DNA of 64,000 nucleotides from an uncultured Steroidobacter sp. (GTDB taxonomy: Bacteria; Pseudomonadota; Gammaproteobacteria; Steroidobacterales; Steroidobacteraceae): NCBI GenBank assembly GCA_937864115.1, contig CALMII010000059.1, positions 116,812-180,811 on the forward strand, written 5' to 3'. Made by a program: the position numbers and the translations under genes. The notes under the pieces were generated by a model. That model was given only the letters and a program-made list of their open reading frames with translations. It was not told the DNA's origin and did no database searches. Positions within the stretch are counted from its first letter, which is position 1. Each line of letters starts with the position of its first letter. Shown here piece after piece: positions 19,766 through 28,844 of this stretch.

Positions 19766-21667
19766 GTGACTGCTCAGGAACTGCTCGAAAATCTCAATCT
19801 CCTCGACGAGCACGAACGCATCGAGGCGAAGCGCGCGCGGGAAGTCGGCAAGTCTCTGCTCGAAACGGTTTGTTCGCTGTCGAATGAACCGGGGCTTGGC
19901 GGCGGCTGGATATTGCTGGGTGTGGTCAGGGAAGATCTGGCGCTTTTCCCGGCTTATGAAGTCGAAGGAATCGATGATCCCGACAAGCTGACGGCCGATC
20001 TCGCCAGTCAGTGTGCCACTACGTTCAATCGGCCGGTTCGCGTCGACATTCACCGCGAAAGCGTCGACGGCAAGACGGTGCTGGTCGTCACCGTGCCGGA
20101 AGCGCAGTCGCACGAGAAGCCGATTTTCTTCAAGGCACAGGGACTGCCGAGAGGCGCGTTCAGGCGTATCGGCAGTACCGACCAGCGTTGTACCGAAGAT
20201 GACCTGTCGTTGTTCTTCCAGAGTCGTGGTCAGGAAAGCTTTGATGCAGGCATCGTCTGCGATGCCACCATGGAGGACCTGTCCGCAGAAGCGATTGCCG
20301 ACTACCGCCAATCCCGTGCGCAGGCCAATCCCGATGCAGAAGAGCTGCGTTGGCCGGATGAAGAACTGCTGCTCGCACTGAAGGCGGTTCGTCGCGATGG
20401 CGGAAACATGCTTCATCCCACTGTTGCAGGTCTGATCCTGTTCGGGAAAGTTCAGGCACTGCGCCGCTGCTTTCCAATGACGCGCGTCGACTACATTCGC
20501 GTGCCCGGTCGCGAGTGGATTCCCGATCCGGAGCGCCGCTTCGATTCCGTGGAGATCCGCGACTCGCTGTTCCGGCTCATCCGCCGTGCGCAGGCCGCCA
20601 TTCTGGACGACTTGCCGAAGGGGTTCGGTTTGAAGGAGGGCGAACTCCAGCGCGAGGACAAGCCGGTCATTCCGCAGCGGGTGATTCGCGAAGCGCTCGT
20701 GAACGCGCTGATGCATCGCAGCTACCGCAGCAATGCGCCGGTGCAGATCATCCGCTATGCCAATCGTCTGGAGATCCGTAATCCAGGCTTCTCTTTGAAG
20801 TCACCGGAGCATCTGGGCGAGCCGGGCTCTCAGCCTCGCAATCCCTGCATCGCGGCGGTTCTGCACGAAACCCGGTTTGCCGAGACCAAGGGCAGTGGTA
20901 TCCGGGTCATGCGGGAGATGATGGATGCGGCAGGGCTGACGCCGCCGTTTTTCGAATCTGACCGCAGTGCCGATCAGTTCGTTGCCCGTTACTTCTTCCA
21001 TCACTTCCTCGGCGATGAGGACATTCGATGGCTGGGTCGATTCCGGGATCTGAATCTGACCGAGGCGGAGGCGCGCGCACTGATTGTCGTGCGCGAAGTC
21101 GGCGAGATCGACAATGCCGACTACCGGGGCCTGAACAAGGTGGACGCCTTGATGGCAAGCCAGGCCCTGCGTCGCTTGCGCGATGCCGGGCTGTTGACAC
21201 AGAAGGGCAGGGGCTCGGCGACCTGCTATCAACCGACGTCGCGGCTGATCGGGACAGGGGAGGAGGGAGGGGTATCCAGTAACCCCCATGGCTTATCCAG
21301 TAACCTCCCCGACTTATCCAGTAACCCTGCCGACTTATCCAGTAACCCTGATCCGCGCGACCCGGAGCGGGACGCCCTGCTGAACGAGCTGCCGGGTGAA
21401 CTGGCAGCCCGCGTTGGCGGCCTGGGCAGGCGAGCCCGACCCGAAGATCTGCGGCAACTGATCGTGGAACTCTGTCGTGTCCGTTCATGGCGTGCCGAGG
21501 AACTGGCACGGCTGACCGGGCGGATGGCGGAAACGCTTCGCCAGAGCTACCTGCGACCGCTGATGGCGCAGCGGTTGATCGCGATGACCAATCCGGACGA
21601 GCCGAACGATCCGCAGCAGGCTTACCGAGCAGCCCAGCAAATCGACGATGCACAAGACCATGACTGA
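19766..21667 (+). CDS. Schlafen/AlbA_2 - HATPase_c_4 (GHKL) - winged-helix protein
   Basis: IEAK...SLSNEPGLGGGWILLGV (AlbA_2), REALVNALMHRSY...LEIRNPG and ETKGSG (HATPase_c_4), two C-terminal HTH regions. GTG start at 19766 preferred over 19751. Confidence 0.85.
   Translation: MTAQELLENLNLLDEHERIEAKRAREVGKSLLETVCSLSNEPGLGGGWILLGVVREDLALFPAYEVEGIDDPDKLTADLASQCATTFNRPVRVDIHRESVDGKTVLVVTVPEAQSHEKPIFFKAQGLPRGAFRRIGSTDQRCTEDDLSLFFQSRGQESFDAGIVCDATMEDLSAEAIADYRQSRAQANPDAEELRWPDEELLLALKAVRRDGGNMLHPTVAGLILFGKVQALRRCFPMTRVDYIRVPGREWIPDPERRFDSVEIRDSLFRLIRRAQAAILDDLPKGFGLKEGELQREDKPVIPQRVIREALVNALMHRSYRSNAPVQIIRYANRLEIRNPGFSLKSPEHLGEPGSQPRNPCIAAVLHETRFAETKGSGIRVMREMMDAAGLTPPFFESDRSADQFVARYFFHHFLGDEDIRWLGRFRDLNLTEAEARALIVVREVGEIDNADYRGLNKVDALMASQALRRLRDAGLLTQKGRGSATCYQPTSRLIGTGEEGGVSSNPHGLSSNLPDLSSNPADLSSNPDPRDPERDALLNELPGELAARVGGLGRRARPEDLRQLIVELCRVRSWRAEELARLTGRMAETLRQSYLRPLMAQRLIAMTNPDEPNDPQQAYRAAQQIDDAQDHD
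21272..21355 (+). repeat. 4 x 21-bp in-frame tandem repeat (core TATCCAGTAACC) encoding an xSSNPxx linker
   Basis: Units at 21272, 21293, 21314 and 21335; translation VSSNPHG-LSSNLPD-LSSNPAD-LSSNPDP. Confidence 0.9.
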
Positions 21668-23649
21668 CAAAACCACAGATCCGGGCGCTTCGCCCAATCC
21701 CGTTCATCGGCTTCGCGAACAACTGGCCGCGCTGATTCCGGAAGCGCTCTCCGAGGGCAGGCTTGACGTTGCAGCGCTCAAGCGTGCACTGGGCGAATCT
21801 GCGGTGATCGATGGTGGCGAACGTTATGCGCTCAACTGGGCCGGCAAGAGCGACGCCTACCGCGTGCTGCAAACGCCGTCCACGGCAACGCTACGTCCCG
21901 AGCGGGACAAGTCGATCAACTTCGACGAGGCGCAGCATGTCTTCATCGAAGGCGAAAACCTCGAAGTGCTCAAGGTGTTGCAGAAGGCGTATTTCGGCAA
22001 GGTCAAACTCATCTATATCGACCCGCCCTACAACACCGGTTCCGACAGCTTCATCTATCCGGACCGGTTCCAGGAGAGCAAGGAAGACTATCTGCGCCGC
22101 ATCAACGAGCTGAATGACGACGGCACGTTGATGAGGGAAGGCTTCTTCCGCAAGAACAGCAAGGAGAGCGGTCACTACCACAGCAACTGGCTGTCGATGA
22201 TGCTGCCGCGGCTTTACATCGCGAGAAATCTGTTGCGGGAGGACGGAGTGATCTTCGTGTCGTGCGACGACAATGAAGTGCACAACCTGCGGTTGTTGAT
22301 GAATGAGGTGTTAGGAGAAGAAAATTTCGTAGCCCAGATGGTATGGGAAGGTGCGTCGAAGAACACTGCTGATCAAATCGGTGTGAATCACGAATATGTG
22401 CTCACGTATGCCAAATCTCTTCCCTCTGTACCTAAGGTTTGGGCTCTGGCAAAGGATGGAGTGGATCCCATCCTGCGGGAAGTCGAACGACTAAGAGTTC
22501 AGTATGGGGATGATTTCGATTCGGCATCGGCGGATCTTGCTGCGTGGTACAGAGCCAACAAGGCGACGCCATCTTTTGCACATCGTCGTTTTCGCTACAT
22601 CGACAAGAATGGGGTCTATAAGGAAGACGATCCTACGGCGCCAGGAGGACGTAAGTTCAAGTTGATGAATCCAAGGACCAATGCGGAGATCCCACTTCGC
22701 GCCAATCGAGGCTGGGCATTCGATCAGGAGGAGTTCAATAAACTTGTAATGCACGATCGCATTAGCTTCATTTCGCAAACAAGCGTCATGGTGCGACGGT
22801 ACTTGCACGAAACTGACACAGTCACGCCGCAAAGTGTGTTCTACCAGCCGACACGATCTGCATCCGAGCGACTCGGAAAATTACTGGGCGGCACCTATTT
22901 CGATTACCCAAAGGATGATGAAGTCGTTCGGCAGTTTGTCGAGATGGCCACGGATGTAGCTGATAAGGACTGCCTCGTCGTGGATTTTTTTGCAGGATCG
23001 GCGACAACGGCCCATGCGGTGCTTGAGCAGAATGCTCGTGATGGTGGGCGACGTCGATTCGTCGCCATCCAGCTCCCTGAGCCCGTCGACACAGAGCAGG
23101 CCAAGACTGCGGGATTCTCAACGATTTCCGACATCGCACGAGCCAGGATTGGGAAGTCGATTGAGCGCATCAAGGGCAGCGAAGATCTTGTTGCTATGTC
23201 TCCGCCGGGCCTGGGCTGCAAGTCGTTTCTCCTCACGCCCTCCCACTTCAAACAATGGCGCGGCGACGGCATCGATACATCGGAAGCGCTGGCCGAACAG
23301 ATGAAGATGTTCGTCGATAGCGAGAAAGAGGGTGCCGAGACGGAATGGAAGCTGTACGAGCTACTGCTGAAGTTCGGTCAGGCGCTGACAATTCCTATTG
23401 AAATCATAAATTTTCCCCCCCCCCCCCCTCAAAAATGCATCGACGGGAACGCTGCGGGTCTTCGCCATCCACGAGCGTCAGATGCTCTTCGTTCTGGAGG
23501 GCTTCACTGAAGCGGCGGGTGTCGAACTGCTTTCGCTCAAGCCCCGCGAGATCGTAGCGCTCGATTCGGTATTTCACGGCGCCGATCCGCTCAAGACCAA
23601 TTTCGATCTTCAGTGCCGCGACGCCGGCGTGAAGTTCACCTGCGTGTAG
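21660..23649 (+). pseudogene. mod: Type III R-M methyltransferase (Mod), frameshifted at a C14 tract (phase-variable OFF allele or sequence error)
   Basis: LNWAGK, IEGENLEVLK, IYIDPPYNTG and DFFAGSATT motifs in the frame ending at 23510; the typical Mod C-terminus (RVFAIHERQ...LDSVFHGADPLKTNFDLQCRDAGVKFTCV*) continues in the +1 frame to TAG 23649. Confidence 0.88.
23415..23428 (+). repeat. C14 homopolymer inside mod
   Basis: Sequence aaatttt-C14-tcaaaaa; C13 or C16 would restore the reading frame. Confidence 0.92.
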
Positions 23650-23658
23650 GCGGCACGC

Positions 23659-26409
23659 ATGAAGCTCAAATTCGATGCCAATGAGCCGTATCAGCTCGAT
23701 GCGATTCGTGCGGTCGTGGATCTGTTCGCCGGGCAACCTTCTGCTTCGCAGTTCGAAGTGACGATGGCAGACGAGGGCTTGTCCAGCCTCAGGCTCACTG
23801 AAACCGGGCTGGCCAACCAGCGCGTCATCACTGACGAACAATGGCTGGACAACGTCAGAGCGGTACAGAAGGCCAATGGTTTGCCTCAGTCCGCCGAGCT
23901 TTCCCTGATGGAGCTGGCTGATGGCAAGGTCGCCGGCGCCTTCCCCAACTTCACTGTCGAAATGGAGACGGGCACAGGCAAGACCTACGTCTATCTGCGC
24001 ACGGTACACGAGCTGTCGCGACTCTACGGTTTCAAAAAGTTCGTGATCGTTGTGCCATCTGTGGCGATTCGCGAGGGCGTGCTCAAAAACTTGCAGATCA
24101 CTCACGATCACTTCCAGACGCTCTACGACTTCGAGCGCGTCGAGTTCTCCGTTTACGATTCCAGCCGGGTCAATCAGCTCCACAACTTCAGCCTGAGCAA
24201 CTGCATCCAGATACTGGTGATCAATATCGACGCCTTCGCCAAGGACTCCCAGGAAGCCGCCGTTTCGGCCACAGCGAGGAAGAGCAGGGGCAATGTCATC
24301 AACCAGGTGCGCGAAACGGGCGTGCGTCCGATCGAGTTCATCCAGGCCGCACATCCCATCGTGATTCTTGATGAACCGCAGAATCTTGAGACCGATCTGC
24401 GAAAACAGGCCATCGCGCGCCTGAGCCCGCTGTGCTGCCTGCGCTACTCCGCCACGCATCGCGAGACATACAACCTCATCTACAAGCTCGATCCGGTCCG
24501 GGCCTATGAACTGGGCCTGGTGAAGCAGATCAGCGTGGACTCCGTAATCGAGTTGAGGGACGCCAATCAAGCCTATGTCGAGGTGGAAGGCTTCAGGGCA
24601 GGTAGGCGCTCGGTGGCGGCAAGACTGAGCCTGTGGGTCAACCAGAACGGCAGCCCCGGCAGGAAAACGCTCACGGTCAGGAATGGCGACGACCTTTACA
24701 GACTCTCCAATCAGCGCGAGATCTATCGCGATGGCTTCATCGTGAACGAAATCGATGTCGAACAGCGCTTCGTGCGTTTCGCCAATGATGTGACCGTGCG
24801 GCAGGGCCAGCCGCATGGCGCGCTCACCGATGCTGTTCTGCGATTGCAGATAGAGGCGACGATTCGCCGGCACTTCGAGAAGCAGGCCAGCCTGAAGTCC
24901 CTGGGGGTGAAGGTTCTATCGGTGTTCTTCATCGATCGAGTGATGAACTACCGGGTCTACAACGAGGATGGCAGTACATCTCTGGGGAAGTTCGGGCAAT
25001 GGTTCGAGGAAATCTACGAGCAGTATCGGACCAGGCCAGAATTTTCCGGTCTGATCGAATTCGAAGCGGCGCTCGTGCACAACGGCTACTTCTCCGCTGA
25101 CAAGCGTACGGTGACGCCCTTCGAGACGCGCGAAGGAAAATCCAACGCGGAGGCAGAAGCCAGCACGTTCGAACTCATCATGCGAGACAAGGAACGCCTG
25201 CTGGAGGCCGCCGAACCTCTGCGCTTCATCTTCAGTCACTCTGCCTTGCGCGAGGGTTGGGACAACCCGAATGTTTTTCAGATCTGCACGCTGGCGGAGA
25301 CCAGCTCAGAGATCAGGAAGCGGCAGGAGATCGGGCGCGGGCTGCGCCTGTGTGTGAATGCAGCGGGCCAGCGCGTGCGAGACCGCGCTCTGAACCGCCT
25401 GACCGTCATCGCCAACGAGAGCTACGAAGATTTCGCGAAGCAACTGCAGGCCGAGATGGAAGAAGCAGGAATCTCCTTCAGGAAGGAGATGGTGCAGAAC
25501 GAGCGCGAGAAAATTACGGTGCGCCTGCGAAAAGGGTACGAGACCGACGCGCAGTTCCTCAAACTGTGGGGGCATATCCGCACGCGCACACGTTACCGCG
25601 TGCACTACGACACCGATGACCTGATTGCCAGAGCGGCCCATCGCATCGGGCGGCAGATGCCTGTGCTTGAGCGACCCAAGGTGGCACTGGCTCGCGCCGA
25701 TCTCACCGTAGACAAGACAGGCGTGTCAGGGGTCCAAACCGGCTTTCGCGCGCAAGTGGTCGAAGCGCGCTATGTGATGCCGGACTTCGTGGGGCAGATA
25801 CAGACCAGGACGGGGTTGTCCAGATCGACGGTGGCCCGAGTACTATTGGAGTCTGGCCGCCTGGGGGATGCCGTGAACAATCCACAGGCATTCATTGAGG
25901 GCGCGACCGATGTCATCAATGCAGTCAAACGGGAGCTGCTGGTGGACGGCGTGGAATATCTGAAACTCGACGATCAGATATACGAGATGCATCGCTTCGA
26001 AAGCGAGGATCTGAGGGAGGCGTTCGAGTCCAATGCCATTGCCATCGACAGACTGGACAAGACACTGTTCTCGCACATCGTGATCGACGCTGACTCCGGC
26101 CCGGAGCGCAGATTCGTGGAAGCCTGCGAAGCCAACGACGACGTGCTGTTCTACATCAAACTGCCGGCGTGGTTCGTGATCGAAACGCCGGTCGGCTCAT
26201 ACAACCCGGACTGGGCACTCGCCTATCGCAACGACAAGACGCTCTACTTCGTTGCGGAAACCAAGGATACGGGTGACAAGGAAGGTGTATCTCTCGATCT
26301 GCTGCGGCCCATCGAACAGCTCAAGATCGAATGCGGCCGGCGTCACTTCAGGAATTTCGAAGAAGTGCAGTTCAGGGTCGTTAAGTCGCTACGGGAGCTG
26401 ATGACGTAA
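23659..26409 (+). CDS. res: Type III R-M restriction subunit (Res; SF2 helicase + PD-(D/E)XK nuclease)
   Basis: FTVEMETGTGKT (Walker A), ILDEPQ (Walker B), LREGWDNPNVFQICTL, QEIGRGLR and C-terminal YNPDW...FVAETK. Confidence 0.95.
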   Translation: MKLKFDANEPYQLDAIRAVVDLFAGQPSASQFEVTMADEGLSSLRLTETGLANQRVITDEQWLDNVRAVQKANGLPQSAELSLMELADGKVAGAFPNFTVEMETGTGKTYVYLRTVHELSRLYGFKKFVIVVPSVAIREGVLKNLQITHDHFQTLYDFERVEFSVYDSSRVNQLHNFSLSNCIQILVINIDAFAKDSQEAAVSATARKSRGNVINQVRETGVRPIEFIQAAHPIVILDEPQNLETDLRKQAIARLSPLCCLRYSATHRETYNLIYKLDPVRAYELGLVKQISVDSVIELRDANQAYVEVEGFRAGRRSVAARLSLWVNQNGSPGRKTLTVRNGDDLYRLSNQREIYRDGFIVNEIDVEQRFVRFANDVTVRQGQPHGALTDAVLRLQIEATIRRHFEKQASLKSLGVKVLSVFFIDRVMNYRVYNEDGSTSLGKFGQWFEEIYEQYRTRPEFSGLIEFEAALVHNGYFSADKRTVTPFETREGKSNAEAEASTFELIMRDKERLLEAAEPLRFIFSHSALREGWDNPNVFQICTLAETSSEIRKRQEIGRGLRLCVNAAGQRVRDRALNRLTVIANESYEDFAKQLQAEMEEAGISFRKEMVQNEREKITVRLRKGYETDAQFLKLWGHIRTRTRYRVHYDTDDLIARAAHRIGRQMPVLERPKVALARADLTVDKTGVSGVQTGFRAQVVEARYVMPDFVGQIQTRTGLSRSTVARVLLESGRLGDAVNNPQAFIEGATDVINAVKRELLVDGVEYLKLDDQIYEMHRFESEDLREAFESNAIAIDRLDKTLFSHIVIDADSGPERRFVEACEANDDVLFYIKLPAWFVIETPVGSYNPDWALAYRNDKTLYFVAETKDTGDKEGVSLDLLRPIEQLKIECGRRHFRNFEEVQFRVVKSLRELMT

Positions 26410-26456
26410 GGTTTCAAGCAGCGTTCAGTAGATTGGGTTGGTTGCCAGGAGACTCT

Positions 26457-27020
26457 TTATTCCCCCACCCGAATCACCAACGCCTCGATCTGCGACTGCC
26501 GCAGCTTGCTGCGCGTCTCTTCGAGTTTCTGCAGGTTCGTGATCGGGCCGATGCGGACGCGGTGCCAGGTGTCGTTGTCGACCGTGACCTTCTGGATTTT
26601 CGATTCGACGCCCTGCAGGGCGATGAGCGCGCGGACGCGGTCGGCGTCGGCCATGTTGCGGAAGGAGCCGGCCTGCAGGATGTAGGCGCCGGGTTTCTGC
26701 ACCGATGAGGTCGCGCCGCTGGCGGTCGATGTGCCGTCCTTCTCGGGAATGACCACTTCGAATTTCGGCAGCATTTCGTAGAAGTCGAACTGGGTTTCCG
26801 GTTCCTGCGAGGCCGGGGCCGGTTTGCCGTTCGATGATTCGCCATCATTCGTCATCGGCGCCGCTTCTCTTGCGACTCGCGCTTCGGGCCGGCGATCGTA
26901 GAGATACACGCCGACGGCGACCGCCAGGCCGAAGGCGAGACCGAGCACGAAGCCGGCGACGCCGGACAGGCCGGAGCTTCCGCCCGAGCTGCGCTTGCTG
27001 TGTTTGTAGTCGCGCGCCAC
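26457..27020 (-). CDS. SPOR-domain cell division protein (FtsN-like)
   Basis: MARDYK N-terminus, single TM helix, FDFYEMLP, SPOR domain YILQAGSF...WHRVRIGP; downstream of argS. Confidence 0.9.
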   Translation of the reverse strand: MARDYKHSKRSSGGSSGLSGVAGFVLGLAFGLAVAVGVYLYDRRPEARVAREAAPMTNDGESSNGKPAPASQEPETQFDFYEMLPKFEVVIPEKDGTSTASGATSSVQKPGAYILQAGSFRNMADADRVRALIALQGVESKIQKVTVDNDTWHRVRIGPITNLQKLEETRSKLRQSQIEALVIRVGE

Positions 27021-28705
27021 TACATCTTCTCCGGCGCCGATACGCCCAGCAGCTTCAGGCCGTTGCCGATCACCTGGCGCGTGGCGGCGACCAGGTTCAG
27101 GCGGGCGTTGCGCAGGTTGATGTCGTCGACCAGGAACTGGTGCGCGTTGTAGTACGTGTGGAAATCGGCAGTGAGATCGCGCAGGTAGTGCGCGACCTGG
27201 TGCGGTTCGAGCGCGTTCGCGGCGTTCTCCAGCAGTTCCGGGAAGTACGTGAGGCGGCGAATGAGGGCCTTTTCCTGCGGCTCGACCAGCAGGGCCACAT
27301 GACTGTCGCCGATCTCGCGGTCATGCATGAAGCCCTTTTCCTGCGCCTGCCGGAACACGCTGCAGACGCGCGCATGCGCGTACTGCACGTAGTACACGGG
27401 ATTCTCCTCGCTCTGCGCGCGCGCGAGATCGATGTCGAACACGAACTCCGAATCCGCTTTGCGCGACACCAGGAAGAAACGCACGGCGTCGCGGCCGACC
27501 CACTCGATCAGATCGCGCACCGTGACGTACGAGCCGGCGCGCTTGGAAATCTTCACTTCCTCGCCGCCGCGCATCACCTTGACCATCTTGTGCAGCACGT
27601 AGTCGGGATAGCCCGGCGGGATGCCGAGATCGGCGGCCTGCAGGCCGGCGCGCACGCGCGCGATCGTGCCGTGATGATCGGTGCCCTGCACGTTGATGGC
27701 CTTGCGGAAACCGCGCTGCCACTTGGTGATGTGATAGGCGACGTCGGGCACGAAGTAGGTGTACGTGCCGTCGGACTTGCGCATGACGCGGTCCTTGTCG
27801 TCGCCGTACTCGGTGGTGCGCAGCCACAGCGCGCCGTCCTGTTCGTAGGTCTTGCCGCTGGCGACCAGTCGCTGCACGGTCTCTTCGACCTTGCCGTCGG
27901 TGTAGAGGCTCGACTCCAGATAATAGATGTCGAAGTGCACGCCGAACTTCTGCAGGTCGATGTCCTGTTCGCGGCGCAGGTAGGCGACGGCGAACTTGCG
28001 GATCGCATCGAGATCGTCGGGCTTGCCGTTCGCCTTCACCGGTTCGCCATCGAGCGCGTGCACGCTGTTCTTCGCGAGGAATTCGTCAGCGATGTCCTGG
28101 ATGTAGTCGCCGTTGTAGGCAGCTTCCGGCCAGCCCGCTTCGCCCGGCTTGATGCCGCGCGCACGCGCCTGCACCGACAGTGCGAGGTTCTGGATCTGCA
28201 CGCCGGCGTCGTTGTAATAGAACTCGCGGCTGACCTCGTAGCCCTGCGTCTGCAGCAGCGACACCAGCGCATCGCCGAGCGCCGCCTGCCGGCCGTGACC
28301 GACGTGCAGCGGCCCGGTGGGATTCGCGGAGACGAACTCGACCAGCGATCGGGTGCCGCTGCCGTGCTGGCTGTAGCCGTAGACCGGACCGAAATCGAGG
28401 ATGCGCGCCAGTTCCTGCTGATACGCCGCCGCCGACAGATGGAAATTGATGAACCCCGGCCCGGCGATCTCCGCCTTCGCGATCAAGTCGCTGGCGGGAA
28501 TCGCATCGAGCAGCGCCTGCGCCAGCTGGCGCGGATTCTTGCGTGCGGGCTTGGCGAGCTGCAGCGCCAGGTTGGTGGCGAAATCGCCATGAGCAGCATC
28601 GCGCGTACGCTCGATGGTGATGGTCGGGCGGATGTCGGCGGGCAGAACGTCCGCGGGCAGGGTCGCAAGCGCGGCCTGTAGCAACTTTTCGATCTGGTAT
28701 TTCAC
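27020..28705 (-). CDS. argS: Arginine--tRNA ligase
   Basis: [17 protein letters not shown] (HIGH), KISKRAG (KMSKS), [12 protein letters not shown] motifs. Confidence 0.97.
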   Translation of the reverse strand: MKYQIEKLLQAALATLPADVLPADIRPTITIERTRDAAHGDFATNLALQLAKPARKNPRQLAQALLDAIPASDLIAKAEIAGPGFINFHLSAAAYQQELARILDFGPVYGYSQHGSGTRSLVEFVSANPTGPLHVGHGRQAALGDALVSLLQTQGYEVSREFYYNDAGVQIQNLALSVQARARGIKPGEAGWPEAAYNGDYIQDIADEFLAKNSVHALDGEPVKANGKPDDLDAIRKFAVAYLRREQDIDLQKFGVHFDIYYLESSLYTDGKVEETVQRLVASGKTYEQDGALWLRTTEYGDDKDRVMRKSDGTYTYFVPDVAYHITKWQRGFRKAINVQGTDHHGTIARVRAGLQAADLGIPPGYPDYVLHKMVKVMRGGEEVKISKRAGSYVTVRDLIEWVGRDAVRFFLVSRKADSEFVFDIDLARAQSEENPVYYVQYAHARVCSVFRQAQEKGFMHDREIGDSHVALLVEPQEKALIRRLTYFPELLENAANALEPHQVAHYLRDLTADFHTYYNAHQFLVDDINLRNARLNLVAATRQVIGNGLKLLGVSAPEKM

Positions 28706-28747
28706 GAAGGGGTTCGGGGCGGTTCAATGAGGCCGCAGTCTAGCAGC

Positions 28748-28840
28748 GGCTACAGGCTACAGGCTGCAGGCGACTGCCAGAGGTCCCGAATGCGCGTGTT
28801 CCGCTTCTGGCCAGTTGCCAGTCGCCTGTAGCCTGTAGCC
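28748..28840. repeat. Inverted repeat built from GGCTACA heptamers
   Basis: Left arm ggctaca-ggctaca-ggctgca-ggcgactg (28748-28776); right arm cagtcgcc-tgtagcc-tgtagcc (28819-28840). Confidence 0.8.
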
Positions 28841-28844
28841 TTTC

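Larger units (their letters stand above)
19766..26409 (+). other. Three-gene defence island (AlbA_2-GHKL, mod, res) between ntrX and the SPOR gene
   Basis: Visibly lower GC and more A/T-ending codons than the flanks; no integrase or terminal repeats found. Confidence 0.75.

Noticed and set aside
21272-21355. Possible CRISPR array in the 21-bp repeat or the 9-mer arrays
   Set aside because: No unique spacers of CRISPR length, the repeats are in-frame coding or palindromic, and there are no cas genes.
19738-26456. Integrase, att sites or target-site duplication for the defence island
   Set aside because: No recombinase ORF, and no matching direct or inverted repeats at the two junctions by eye.
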